Shown here in pieces: positions 9,255-19,202 of a stretch of DNA of 64,000 nt (its first letter is position 1; every line of letters begins with the position of its first letter). A program made the position numbers and the translations under genes. The stretch is taken from IMG/VR virus record IMGVR_UViG_3300046820_003928, positions 32,001 to 96,000 of that record; one strand, written 5' to 3'. The notes under the pieces are model-generated. The model did no database searches and was not told the origin of the DNA. It saw only the letters and a list, made by a program, of their open reading frames with translations. The DNA comes from a virus.

Positions 9255-10498
9255 GGTTTTGGCTTAAGAGTTTTCGCTGGGTCAACCAGATACTCACTTC
9301 CAGCAACCTTTGCCATGGTATTGTAGAACTTTTTAGGATCTTTGGGACCAGCGAGGGGTCCAGTATATCCTGCGACTGATCCGGCGCCGCTAAACTCATC
9401 AGTCCTGCGACGCTTCTTTCTATTGCGCTTCTCAGCAAGGGGCATCGAATCATCAGGAGATTCAGACTCCTGCTCAAGAGTTGAAATTCTAATGTACACT
9501 AGAGCTAGATTTGCAATTAGATTAGAAAGCTTGTTGAGCTCAGCAGCGTCTTTTCCGGGAATTACTCGACCGAGCATGCTCTCAGCCGATCTCAGAGCCC
9601 CAGAGAGACCGATGGCAGCCTGATAAAACACATCAGCAGTCCCTTCTCCTTCAGGATCAAAGGTTGTGCCCAGTGTTGTTATGCTAGAGAGCACAGCATC
9701 AAGAGCAGAGTCTAGCATTCCAAGACCTATTGTCTCAAGGGGAATTGCAGAAAAAGAGTTTACTAAAAACTCAACACAAAGCGTTGCAATTCTAACCAGT
9801 CTTTCCTTGATGATAGCACGATCAGCAGGAAGTCTTAGAGATAGATCAAGTTCTCCCTTCTGCAGTTTTTCATCGTTTTGTTCGGGAGGTGCAAAGAAAT
9901 CCAGACTTTCTGTCTTTCCCTTTAGCATCTCGCTAAGATCTTCTATTGCTTCATTAACATCTTTGAAGTTGTTGAAGGCGAGATATCCCTTGTAGATATC
10001 TCCTGCAAAAGGTATGAAAGAAGTCCCTGCTCCAAGAGCACCCCTTTCGAGGTCTGATGCATCTTCTCCCTTTGCAACCCTAAGCAGTCCCTTTCCAAAA
10101 TCTTTAATATCTTCAAGAGAAAACTCAAAGAGCTTGTATCGCTCTCCAATTTCCTCATTTGTCATATTGAGCGTCTCATTAAGAGGCGTTGTGTGAAGAT
10201 ATCTCTTCATATTTCCCAGCTTTCTAGGTAAATATCTTCGATCCGATGTTTTTCTGCTTACGATTGACCCAACGTTGATCTGATCCTCGGGCATCTCCTC
10301 ATCAACGTTGTGTCTACCCATCGAGATCGACGCCATTGTATCTGCTGACGTGCTCATACCGCCAGTCGATCTAAACGGTTTTGGAACAAAGGGTCTTGCA
10401 AGTCGTGTAAGCGCAGTGTCAGCACCCCCAAAACCGCCCGCGGCTGGAGGTGCTGTCCCACGACCTGATCTTTCTGTTCCGTCTGGTTTTCTGCTCAC
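9251..10498 (-). CDS. Hypothetical protein, possibly head-associated
   Basis: 415-aa ORF preceded by late-type GAATAATTA; C-terminal EFSGAGSVAGYTGPL segment. Confidence 0.6.
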   Translation of the reverse strand: MSRKPDGTERSGRGTAPPAAGGFGGADTALTRLARPFVPKPFRSTGGMSTSADTMASISMGRHNVDEEMPEDQINVGSIVSRKTSDRRYLPRKLGNMKRYLHTTPLNETLNMTNEEIGERYKLFEFSLEDIKDFGKGLLRVAKGEDASDLERGALGAGTSFIPFAGDIYKGYLAFNNFKDVNEAIEDLSEMLKGKTESLDFFAPPEQNDEKLQKGELDLSLRLPADRAIIKERLVRIATLCVEFLVNSFSAIPLETIGLGMLDSALDAVLSSITTLGTTFDPEGEGTADVFYQAAIGLSGALRSAESMLGRVIPGKDAAELNKLSNLIANLALVYIRISTLEQESESPDDSMPLAEKRNRKKRRRTDEFSGAGSVAGYTGPLAGPKDPKKFYNTMAKVAGSEYLVDPAKTLKPKP

Positions 10499-10502
10499 AT
10501 TT

Positions 10503-11105
10503 CTAATTATTCTCTGGCCCGCACGAATCTTGCATTCCTGTGATCTTTAGTGCTGTCTGAAGAAGCGCCATAAGCGGGATCTCGTGGCCGACATAAAACT
10601 TTCCTTCCTCGAAGGCAGTCGGCTGTGACACAATTGCCATCCACTCGTCCTGCGTTAGTTTCACTCCAGCAGACTGCAAAAGATATAGACCTCTATGCGG
10701 ATGAGTCATCCGTCTGATATCTGGATTATAGACGTAATTGATTCCTCTCTCCAGGTGCCAAGACGACGTCTGAGGCAGATAGTAATCGCCAATATCATCT
10801 CCAATTCTTCCGATATCGTGAAGTAGAGAGACTACAATCACAGATTCGATATCGATCTCTTTCTCAGAAAAAGCAGGAAGTCTACAGATCTCACGTGCAT
10901 TTGCAAATGTCTGCAAGCTCCTCTTGACAAGGCCTCCCGGGACCGCTGCGTGCTTATTATTTCGATCGTGTCCAGGAGCAGTTGCGATCCTGTCTCCGTA
11001 TGTGTCAAGAAGCACCTCAAGAGAGCCCCTGCGACTCTCAACCTTTAGAAGCAGCTTCTTAAACTTCTCAAAGTTGTCAAAGATCTCACTTTCACTCATC
11101 TCCAA
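10503..11105 (-). CDS. HD-domain protein (YhaM-like fold, apparently degenerate)
   Basis: TAPG...HAAVPGGL, LLHDIGRIG, LTQDEW.AI. The first His and last Asp of H..HD..D appear replaced. Confidence 0.75.
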   Translation of the reverse strand: MEMSESEIFDNFEKFKKLLLKVESRRGSLEVLLDTYGDRIATAPGHDRNNKHAAVPGGLVKRSLQTFANAREICRLPAFSEKEIDIESVIVVSLLHDIGRIGDDIGDYYLPQTSSWHLERGINYVYNPDIRRMTHPHRGLYLLQSAGVKLTQDEWMAIVSQPTAFEEGKFYVGHEIPLMALLQTALKITGMQDSCGPENN

Positions 11106-12225
11106 ACCTCCTCATCTTGACTGGAAAAATTCTGTCGATAATATCGATGTTCAGACCTGATTTACAGATTGATTCAATCTCTGGGATTGCGTGCTTTTTT
11201 ACATCAAGCACAATCGCATCGTGGATGAGAAAGACCGGCTTTGCAATCTCTGCATCCAGATTCTTGACAAGTCCTAAAAATCCGCTGCAAGCAACATCGA
11301 CCGCGGATGACTGGACGTGGTGACTGATTCTTGCACTTGTCTCTCCTAGCGGTCGACCGAATGAGTTTGAGAAATCTTGCATCTCTCGAAGTCTATCATC
11401 GAGCTGCTTGACTCGCATTAGCCTTCGAATGGCCTCGTAGATCTCAACGGCATCGGGTGTGTCCTGGTATCTAAGGGCGAAGTTTCTTTTTGACATGCCG
11501 TAGATTGCAGATAGCGTCGCCTCTTTGATTACAGCACGCGGCGTATCGACAAATCCTGCCTCTTTTCCGATCCATGTGTATGCGTCATCATCTCCGATAT
11601 CGTTTCCGGATATCCAACCAAGGACGCGTGCTTCAAGACCGTTAAAGTCAATCTCGATAAGTTCGCCGTCGTCCCATCGAGATCTTATTTTTTTCCTAAG
11701 ATCTCGTTGCAAGGTCAGGATGCGAGGTCCCTCCTTGATGGACATTCGACCTGTAGCGGAGTGAACGTTATCATATTTGGGAACATCAACTGTTCTGTCT
11801 TCCTTTGGAACAAATCCATGCTCTGCAAGCGATCCATCACGAACAGCAGACCTGCAAAGCGAGTCAAGGAGTTCCTGCTGGATCTGGAAAGCGCCAGTGA
11901 AATACCCATGCTTCTCGTCTAAAAGAAAGGATGTGACTTGATCAACTTGATCTCGAAGGTGAGCTCCAAACAACTCGCGAGATAGTATCTTGTGCCACGC
12001 TGGGTGCTGCGTGTGCTTGGTCCAGAACCTCGCCTGTGGTGCACTAGGTGCAACAATAGCGTTTAATCCTGCAGCTTCTGACGCTGAGATTACGCATCCT
12101 CGGCGCTGCTGGAGGTCTGAGAGGTGCCAATCAAAGCTTCCTAGATCACCAACGATCAGTGATCCGTCTTCCCAGATAAAATCATGCTTTGCGCCTGTCT
12201 TTTTGTGTGAAAAGTAAATACGCAC
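11092..12225 (-). CDS. Minimal family A DNA polymerase-like protein
   Basis: ATGRMS, motif A EIDFNGLEAR, motif B RAVIKEATLSAIYG, motif C LIHDAIV; only 377 aa. Confidence 0.75.
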   Translation of the reverse strand: MRIYFSHKKTGAKHDFIWEDGSLIVGDLGSFDWHLSDLQQRRGCVISASEAAGLNAIVAPSAPQARFWTKHTQHPAWHKILSRELFGAHLRDQVDQVTSFLLDEKHGYFTGAFQIQQELLDSLCRSAVRDGSLAEHGFVPKEDRTVDVPKYDNVHSATGRMSIKEGPRILTLQRDLRKKIRSRWDDGELIEIDFNGLEARVLGWISGNDIGDDDAYTWIGKEAGFVDTPRAVIKEATLSAIYGMSKRNFALRYQDTPDAVEIYEAIRRLMRVKQLDDRLREMQDFSNSFGRPLGETSARISHHVQSSAVDVACSGFLGLVKNLDAEIAKPVFLIHDAIVLDVKKHAIPEIESICKSGLNIDIIDRIFPVKMRRFGDE

Positions 12226-12230
12226 AACAA

Positions 12231-12259
12231 ACCATAAGCTCGGTATGATTTGTTTTCAT
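12231..12259 (-). promoter_or_regulatory. Sigma70-like promoter (ATGAAA-17-TATGGT) 5 nt from the GTG start, within an 11-bp hairpin
   Basis: Arms AACAAATCATA / TATGGTTTGTT at 12244-12254 and 12226-12236. Confidence 0.45.
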
Positions 12260-15111
12260 GGGATGCCTGTCTTATTTTGGCTCTTTTCGAGCAGAGTCAC
12301 TAGTTCGTTAATCTGTCGCGATGCAGTTCGAACGGTTGCAGAGTTGACTGGAATCATCGTTGCAGTGGTCGTGAAAGAACCTGGGCGAATGGTATGCGTA
12401 ACGCCCTGAACTGCATAGGAGTTGTCGACTGTGGTTCCTGTCGAGAAGTCAACATAGTAGATCTGACCGCGTGACATGCAGACATTTCCCAGCATGTTGA
12501 GTGTCACTGTTGATGGAATGATGATGACATCATCTGCAAGATCACCAGAAGATGTGTCTCCAAGCACAGAGCTTGCACTTCCTCCATCGAGTGCAGTGAG
12601 AAGATAGGATGAGGCGATCTCACCCGAAGGAGAGGACGAGAAGTTGGCTGATGTGACGCAAGATCCATCGGTTCCAACTGTAATAGTTGGATACATCTTC
12701 GAAGCAAGCTCCCTGAATGCTTGCTTGCTTTTGAATCCATAGACTGTTTCTTCACCAGCTATCTGGCTGTTGTTTGTTTTGATTTTATTTAATAGCTCTG
12801 CGCTTAGCGTCTCGCTAGCACCGCCCAGGACAGACGCAAGCCCGTTTGTGTTTGCCATCCCAAAGATCAGATTTCCTAGATCATTGTGACCTCCTGCTCT
12901 TTCGTCATAGATGACAATCCGGATGATGTTCTTGTCTGCTCTTCCCTTTTCATTAGAATTCGAATATGCTCCGAGTGTGTCCATCTGCATCTTAACACGA
13001 GCAGGTATGAATGCTGTGTCGCTGGTGATGTTCTTTTCTCGGAGAATAGCCCTGTTTAGCTCTTCTATTTTTTCATTTGAGGATTTAACCAATGTATCGA
13101 TTTGCTTTTGCGCGCCCTCTTTTGCGTTCTTCTGTGTGTCCTCTTCCTCGCTTGCAAGTTTAGCTGCATCCTGTCTGTATTGTTCTCGGATTGCCTCCAC
13201 AGCCGCACTAAGCCGCTCTGTCTCAGCGCTAAATCCGTAATACCTGGATCCTGGGCTGTTCACCTGCGCAAGAATCTTGTTAAGAGCTGTCTGGGCAGAG
13301 GATCGTGTGTTAAGCCCAGACTTTTTCAGCTTGTTTTCGTCAGACCTCTCTTCTAGAAGATCACTTATCACAATTGGAAAATTTCCAATGTTCTCTCCAG
13401 ACATGACGCCACACGATTTGTTGAATGAGAAGCAGTGGATCCTAACCTCATCTATATCCGGCAAAGTGAGAAGCAGAGGCTTGGCAACAAGCTGAGCCAC
13501 AGCAGTCACAAGTGGAACAGCGTTCACTGACTGAGATCCCGATGCTGGGAGTAGACCCGCATCTTTGTTTATAGCGGCTATCTTTTGTCTAATATCATAG
13601 TTTGAAACAAACTGTGTCTCAGAGTTGAACACGAAGGGTTCTATGTTTATGCCATACTCTAGTGACCCGCTGGGGTCAGCAATAAATTTGAGAGCAGACT
13701 TTAGATGATCTGATGTCTCAAGGGTGACACCTTTGCCGTCTATACTCACTAGTTGCTCAATGATTGCATCTATTTTTTCATTGTCAGGCGTGGTGCCTTT
13801 TGCAGTCTCTTCTACTTTTTTTACAAGATCATAGAAAGCAGAGACAGGAATAAACTTGTTTGATGTGGTCCCATTTGATGTGCTGGCAACGATGGAAGTT
13901 CCAACCTTGCCGGGATTATATGTGACAGTTGTGGGTGCATTTTTACCTGTAGAGCTTCCGGAATTTCTCTTCGTTGTCACATTGACAAACTGTTTTAGAA
14001 GCGTCTGAATGACAGAATATGGAAGATATTCACCACCTGCAGTCACGACTGAGGCGCTCTTTGCAACATAGCTACTCTTTGAGACGAGACTAAGATTGAT
14101 CTTGAGAGAGGACGTGTCTCTTGTTGAGACCGACACTGAGTAGAGAGCAAACTGCTGCTTTGATCTCATCGCATTAAGCAGTTTTGCGAAGGCACCGCCC
14201 GTCATCTTGTTTGTGTCTGGATGTGCCCATCCGTATTCTATCTGAAACGTAAGTGCTGGGAAGACCTCGACAGAGACCAGCTGCTCGATGTCCGAAAGTC
14301 GAGACCTGTCATGCAGGATAATGCTAAGATCGACCTTTGTCTGAGCATATAGAGACCCACCGATTCCTGTTTGTTGGATATTGGCACTCTCAATTGTCAT
14401 CAGCGGGACGAGCGGGTCAAGAACTTCCAGACCTCGATCAGCAAGAAGCTCTGGGCTGTTAAGCTGCGCCTTGTCGCCAGCAAGTGTCTGCGGCATACAA
14501 AAGATCTCCATTCCCGCCACGTCGAAACCGATCAGGCTGTTCGTCTCCAGACTGTTGCTTGAATCAAACCGCTTCTGCTTTTCTGAGCTAAGTCCGACAA
14601 ATCTAAACGGACTAAGTGCTCCAACCCCTGATCCCCCGGTTGGATAGACGATCTTGACATCAAAATAGGGGACGCAGAGAGACATCTCGACAGGAGGAAC
14701 AAGGCCGCAAAACAGCGCTGAGACGTCTGTCTGCGTGGCAGAAAAATCAACTTTTGCGTCAGCTCGATGATAGACAACTGATATTTCTTTTGTACGTTTT
14801 AGCACGCTTTCCGGAATTGCGTAATTCTCTATCGACAGACTAGCACCCTGACCAGGTTCTTCCTGGATGGCTTCGAGTTCTGTTTGAAGTGCGCTGTAAG
14901 TTGGAATGTTCTCTGAGTTTCCTAGCATCTTCTGACACAGGGCAGAATCAAACGAGCTTTGTGGGCTAGCCAGACCGAGAGCTGTGATCTGTGCCTGGGA
15001 AATCTCTTCTTGTGTCGCAAAAGAGACGTACCGCAGAAGGTTATCTGCAGCTTCCCGAAGTTCAGTTAGAGACTCAACTGTGATCGCAGGTGTCGTGATT
15101 GACTGCGGCAT
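12256..15111 (-). CDS. Putative baseplate hub / tail structural protein
   Basis: 951 aa. IEYGWAHP and C-terminal 'TLNMLGN...GQIYYVDF.TGT.VDN.Y.V.GVTHTI.PG.FTT' resemble gp27/gpD-like hub proteins; tail module context. Confidence 0.55.
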   Translation of the reverse strand: MPQSITTPAITVESLTELREAADNLLRYVSFATQEEISQAQITALGLASPQSSFDSALCQKMLGNSENIPTYSALQTELEAIQEEPGQGASLSIENYAIPESVLKRTKEISVVYHRADAKVDFSATQTDVSALFCGLVPPVEMSLCVPYFDVKIVYPTGGSGVGALSPFRFVGLSSEKQKRFDSSNSLETNSLIGFDVAGMEIFCMPQTLAGDKAQLNSPELLADRGLEVLDPLVPLMTIESANIQQTGIGGSLYAQTKVDLSIILHDRSRLSDIEQLVSVEVFPALTFQIEYGWAHPDTNKMTGGAFAKLLNAMRSKQQFALYSVSVSTRDTSSLKINLSLVSKSSYVAKSASVVTAGGEYLPYSVIQTLLKQFVNVTTKRNSGSSTGKNAPTTVTYNPGKVGTSIVASTSNGTTSNKFIPVSAFYDLVKKVEETAKGTTPDNEKIDAIIEQLVSIDGKGVTLETSDHLKSALKFIADPSGSLEYGINIEPFVFNSETQFVSNYDIRQKIAAINKDAGLLPASGSQSVNAVPLVTAVAQLVAKPLLLTLPDIDEVRIHCFSFNKSCGVMSGENIGNFPIVISDLLEERSDENKLKKSGLNTRSSAQTALNKILAQVNSPGSRYYGFSAETERLSAAVEAIREQYRQDAAKLASEEEDTQKNAKEGAQKQIDTLVKSSNEKIEELNRAILREKNITSDTAFIPARVKMQMDTLGAYSNSNEKGRADKNIIRIVIYDERAGGHNDLGNLIFGMANTNGLASVLGGASETLSAELLNKIKTNNSQIAGEETVYGFKSKQAFRELASKMYPTITVGTDGSCVTSANFSSSPSGEIASSYLLTALDGGSASSVLGDTSSGDLADDVIIIPSTVTLNMLGNVCMSRGQIYYVDFSTGTTVDNSYAVQGVTHTIRPGSFTTTATMIPVNSATVRTASRQINELVTLLEKSQNKTGIP

Positions 15112-15114
15112 TCT

Positions 15115-15408
15115 CTACCTCAGAAGCTCATAGACTTGATTTAGATCTGACGGTACATTCAAGACAGTGTCTCTTGGGCACTGGAGGTTCCATCCTATCC
15201 CGGATGCAGCAGCGATCACCCACCAGAGCGTAGAGTCGCTGTATGTCTGACCTGCAATTGTGTCAAGTCGACGTCCCTCTACAAGTCTAATCGTGTTGTA
15301 TCTTATCCTGTTCTGCTGTACAGCAAAGTAGATCCTTGAGCTGATGTCGGTCGTGGAGATCTTTTCTCCGTTTATCCTTGGGACGAATGCGTATCGGCTC
15401 GTTGCCAT
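15115..15408 (-). CDS. LysM-like baseplate protein (gp53/P2 gpX-like)
   Basis: RLDTIAGQTYSDSTLWWVIAAASGI. Confidence 0.8.
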   Translation of the reverse strand: MATSRYAFVPRINGEKISTTDISSRIYFAVQQNRIRYNTIRLVEGRRLDTIAGQTYSDSTLWWVIAAASGIGWNLQCPRDTVLNVPSDLNQVYELLR

Positions 15409-15409
15409 C

Positions 15410-18400
15410 TTACTTTCTCACAGTTTGTTGGAATGAGGGAAGGTTGACAATCTCAGGATTCGATGCGTTTTCTGCGACAGCTCCGCCCTTTTTGTAGAAG
15501 TACCTGGATGCATTGCCTCCGTCGGCACGCGGCTGTCCGAAGGTGTCGTTCATAATCTGGCCCACGTTGTAGATGGGAGCGCGGTTGAATCCGTTCGAAT
15601 CGAGACCCGGAGAGATATCGTGGATGGGTGCAAACGAGAGAGTCACCTTGCATGCCATCGGTGCACGAGAGTTCCAGTCTGTCTCCCAGGGTGCTTCCAT
15701 CCAATTGAAGCTCATGGATTTTGCTACCCCTGCGAGTCCCTCACCCATCCGATCTTCAAATGCTTTTGTAAGCGGGTTGTTGTAAGGGGAGGTGAACGTC
15801 CTGGCAACGGAGCCAAAGAAGTCAGCAAGCGGCAAATCAATGGGTGCGCTTCCGACACCTGCTTCGTTAAGTTTGGTCTGAACAAATCCTGCAGCTGCAT
15901 TTGAGGCAATTCCAGTAAGACCTACGAGTGCTCCAATCCCTAGAAGATATCCAGGTGCAGACGTTATATTGACTATCTGTCCTGCATCAACGTAGAGATC
16001 AGCAGCAGAAACCACGACACGCGTACCATTGATGCTGGATCCGGCTGTTGGATCGTCTATCTCGACCTGGTAAGCTGGGCCAGTTCTATTTCTATCGTTT
16101 GTGTTGATAGACTTTACAAACTTAACAAGAACAGGCCTCTGAATTCTGATATTTTGTGAGTCTGTCCTGTACGGCGTACCTCGTGCCTTAAGGATGAGAC
16201 CGCTTCTAAGGTTAAACGTTTCGAGAAAACCCCTTTCATCAGCGTCTTCAGCCTGTGCTGATCCGGGCACACCTGGATCGTTTGTAAAGAACCGAATCCT
16301 GTCTGCATAAAGCAAGGGATTGACAAATCCATTTTTGAGGAAATAGGCGCCGGCTTCGGCTGCAACATCGGTTGCGGCATTAACTATTCCAGATGCAACC
16401 TGCGTCTGCACGAGAGATGAGAGCTGTGTGAGCTCCATCGGAGATGCTGCATAGGCAAGAAACGGTGCAAGACGAATATCAAAGTTCGATACGTTTCTAC
16501 TAGAGTTAAGCACATCCACAGAATCAGCTAGCCCAGAAAGTCCTTCGCTGGCTTCAGTTCCCTTGTTTGCAAAAAACGTGTCGTTTCCAACGCCAAAAAG
16601 CTTTGCAAAGCTTGATCTGCTATAGTTCGTCTTTAACAAATCTCCAATTCGCAACCTAATAACAGGAGTGCCACCGGCAATCTGGCTAAAGGGCTGCTCA
16701 AAAGTCACATCCTGATTAAATAGAGCTGCTCCCAGGCTAGCACTTTCATCTCTCTGCGTGACAGATCTTCCACGCGTATACTGGGGGTATAGCAATGTCG
16801 TCAGCTTGTTGATCTTGAACCACATCTCATCGAAGTCTTCCTTCGAGGTAGCTGCGATCCAGAATGAAATGCTGATGGATCGATTGGTGCTGTTGTAGTT
16901 CTGAACTGGGTCTGCCCTGCCAAATCCTCTTGTTTCAGTGTAGTTTGCTGTAAAGCCGTCTGTGACACTTTCTAGAAAAGCGTGAAAGGCGATGATCTCA
17001 TTGGTGCGCAAATCCCTGAAATAGAAGGGAACATACTCAGAACCGAGCCTATCTTCAAGCACGCGCGCTGCAATGGCAGGTATGTTGCTTGAGTTTCTCA
17101 CTGCTTTCACGTAGGTCTTATCGTATAGGGAGGATCCCAGCATTCCCTTGACAGGATTGGCGCCCTTGTCTGGGTCGAACATGTAATCAAGATCTAGAGT
17201 TGCAGCCATCGCCTCGACTGGCAATATGAACATGCTCGGGAGCACGCTGTTGCGCCATGCCAGTGACGAATTGCTGATGAACTCTCCGTCGCGAGATTTC
17301 ATCTGTCTCGTGCCCGGAGCGTTTGGATAGCTGTCAACATCGTATGGGTTTTTGATCTCATCCCCAGCCGCAGCTGCCTCTGAGCTTATTCCCTGGATGA
17401 CAAGGCGCTGGTACCCAATTGAGCAAAAGACATTCATTATCCTGACAGCCAGGGAGTCCTTCATGCCCATGATCGCTTCTACGAAGTCTGCACCGTTTAT
17501 GCGCTCTGCTGATTTCTGCATCTTAACAATGGATCGATAGGCGCTTTCAGAGACAGCTCGCCAGAAGCCCTGTGACATAAACATGGGAGAATCGTATCTG
17601 CTAGCATAGCCTCCCGCAAGGTCTCCTGCGATTCTTTCGATCTCAGCGGTATACTTTCTTGCAAGATCAGGTGTTTCAAATGGAATGCCAGATCCAAGAG
17701 CAGAGAAGTCGCTTCCGAGACCAAAGTAGGCATAAAGACCCTCAGCAACGCAGGCTGTGTAGCTGTAGATTCCGGTCTGGAACATAAACGAGTGAACGAG
17801 AATTCGGGTCTTGGCACTCACATTAGATCTGATGCTTGTGCCGAGGTGATAGGGTCCACGCAGGACGTTGTCGTTGTCTCCAACTGATAGCTCAGCGATC
17901 TCTCGGGCAACGCTGCTCACCTTTCTGTCAATGATGTTAGCGAGTCCGAGCATTGCGATGCCCGCCTGTAAGGATTGAACTCGCTCACTAGATTCAAGGT
18001 TTAGGTCAAAGTCTCCAAATCTTTGGTCAGTCGTATGAGTCGATCCGCGAGTCTGCGTGTAAACAGCCTCGGCAGATGACTTCTGGATAGCATCGCCGCG
18101 ACCTGTAAGAAGACTATCCTCGCCGTTTTCTGCAAGAGGCATCCCATAGGAATCCTGCGCTCGGAAGTGGTCGGGAGTTCCCTGATTTCGTGATTCGATT
18201 GTTGGAAATTTCCCCATGTCTGCAGATGTGACACCGTCAAATGCGACGTCTGGATCCACTGCCTGATTGGGGAAATCGGAGATATCCCATCCTGCAGCCT
18301 TCAATAACATACTTCTCGCGACAATCTGGAGCTCATCTTGGGAGACGTCAGCCGAAAGCTCGACTGTCTGAGGCTCATAGGTCCCAGCACCTACCTGCAG

Positions 18401-19033
18401 CCTCATCGACCTCGTGTCATCATACTCTGCTGATGTAAGAGGAACCCCGGAGTTATCATCAGCGTAGCTGCTTGGCGACGATGTGGGCGAAAAGTTGTTA
18501 TACTTTCGAAGCGATGCAAAAGATCCAAGAACTGCTCGAGACTGGTCCAGCTCTGCGTCAGAGTTCTGAGTTGCAGGGATGACACTCGATAAGAGGTCAT
18601 TTCCATTTTGTGCAGATCCGTCTCCGGTCTTGTCAACGATTGAGTCAATTGAATACCCAGCAGCATCAAACTGTGCGCTGTTTGATCGATCAAGAGAGAT
18701 GCTGTTCTCTCCGACGCTTGGATCTGCAAAGACCTCGGGTGCGCTGGATGCCTGTGCCTGCTGGATGGCGCTGCCCCGATTAGAGCTGGGTGCCTCGTGT
18801 GTTCCTGGAGACAGAGGGTAGAGATTTCTCTGCGTCGTAAACGAAGTGTAATCTCCCAAGAGGGAGTCACCCGTTGACAGATCGACCAGCTCTCGCTCGG
18901 TCCCGGGATCGACCCCAAGATCATCACCCTCAGCGACAATCCCATCTGGCCCGGGATCGACTGGCATCGAGATTGAGTCAGTCGTCTTTCCGATGCTCGT
19001 TAGAAAATCACGCAGGGTCTGTCGTGTTGCCAT
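15410..19033 (-). CDS. Large tail/baseplate protein with tube-initiator-like domain
   Basis: 1207 aa; 'FHAFLESVTD..TANY....GFGRADPVQNYNSTNRSISISF' tube-initiator (gp48/gp54-like) segment; follows the tape measure gene. Confidence 0.6.
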   Translation of the reverse strand: MATRQTLRDFLTSIGKTTDSISMPVDPGPDGIVAEGDDLGVDPGTERELVDLSTGDSLLGDYTSFTTQRNLYPLSPGTHEAPSSNRGSAIQQAQASSAPEVFADPSVGENSISLDRSNSAQFDAAGYSIDSIVDKTGDGSAQNGNDLLSSVIPATQNSDAELDQSRAVLGSFASLRKYNNFSPTSSPSSYADDNSGVPLTSAEYDDTRSMRLQVGAGTYEPQTVELSADVSQDELQIVARSMLLKAAGWDISDFPNQAVDPDVAFDGVTSADMGKFPTIESRNQGTPDHFRAQDSYGMPLAENGEDSLLTGRGDAIQKSSAEAVYTQTRGSTHTTDQRFGDFDLNLESSERVQSLQAGIAMLGLANIIDRKVSSVAREIAELSVGDNDNVLRGPYHLGTSIRSNVSAKTRILVHSFMFQTGIYSYTACVAEGLYAYFGLGSDFSALGSGIPFETPDLARKYTAEIERIAGDLAGGYASRYDSPMFMSQGFWRAVSESAYRSIVKMQKSAERINGADFVEAIMGMKDSLAVRIMNVFCSIGYQRLVIQGISSEAAAAGDEIKNPYDVDSYPNAPGTRQMKSRDGEFISNSSLAWRNSVLPSMFILPVEAMAATLDLDYMFDPDKGANPVKGMLGSSLYDKTYVKAVRNSSNIPAIAARVLEDRLGSEYVPFYFRDLRTNEIIAFHAFLESVTDGFTANYTETRGFGRADPVQNYNSTNRSISISFWIAATSKEDFDEMWFKINKLTTLLYPQYTRGRSVTQRDESASLGAALFNQDVTFEQPFSQIAGGTPVIRLRIGDLLKTNYSRSSFAKLFGVGNDTFFANKGTEASEGLSGLADSVDVLNSSRNVSNFDIRLAPFLAYAASPMELTQLSSLVQTQVASGIVNAATDVAAEAGAYFLKNGFVNPLLYADRIRFFTNDPGVPGSAQAEDADERGFLETFNLRSGLILKARGTPYRTDSQNIRIQRPVLVKFVKSINTNDRNRTGPAYQVEIDDPTAGSSINGTRVVVSAADLYVDAGQIVNITSAPGYLLGIGALVGLTGIASNAAAGFVQTKLNEAGVGSAPIDLPLADFFGSVARTFTSPYNNPLTKAFEDRMGEGLAGVAKSMSFNWMEAPWETDWNSRAPMACKVTLSFAPIHDISPGLDSNGFNRAPIYNVGQIMNDTFGQPRADGGNASRYFYKKGGAVAENASNPEIVNLPSFQQTVRK

Positions 19034-19202
19034 CTTTCTCCGCCTGTGACCCTAGGTCTCTAAGAATAGGTATCCTGTCGAAGGACTCGTTCGCACTCTT
19101 CAAGAAGTCCTCAGACAGGTAGGCTGAATCGATGGCAGCACATGTATCTGCGATGAGCTGCTCAATCTGAGTTGCAAAGTCCCTAGGGTCGCTCTGATTC
19201 AT
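19008..19202 (-). CDS. Small hypothetical protein
   Basis: Start overlaps TMP stop (TAATG), fills the operon gap. Confidence 0.55.
   Translation of the reverse strand: MNQSDPRDFATQIEQLIADTCAAIDSAYLSEDFLKSANESFDRIPILRDLGSQAEKDGNTTDPA

Noticed and set aside
10503-12225. Z-genome (DatZ HD dATPase + DpoZ PolA) system
   Set aside because: No purZ or mazZ in the window, the HD protein looks YhaM-like and degenerate, and the PolA lacks the exonuclease domain of DpoZ.
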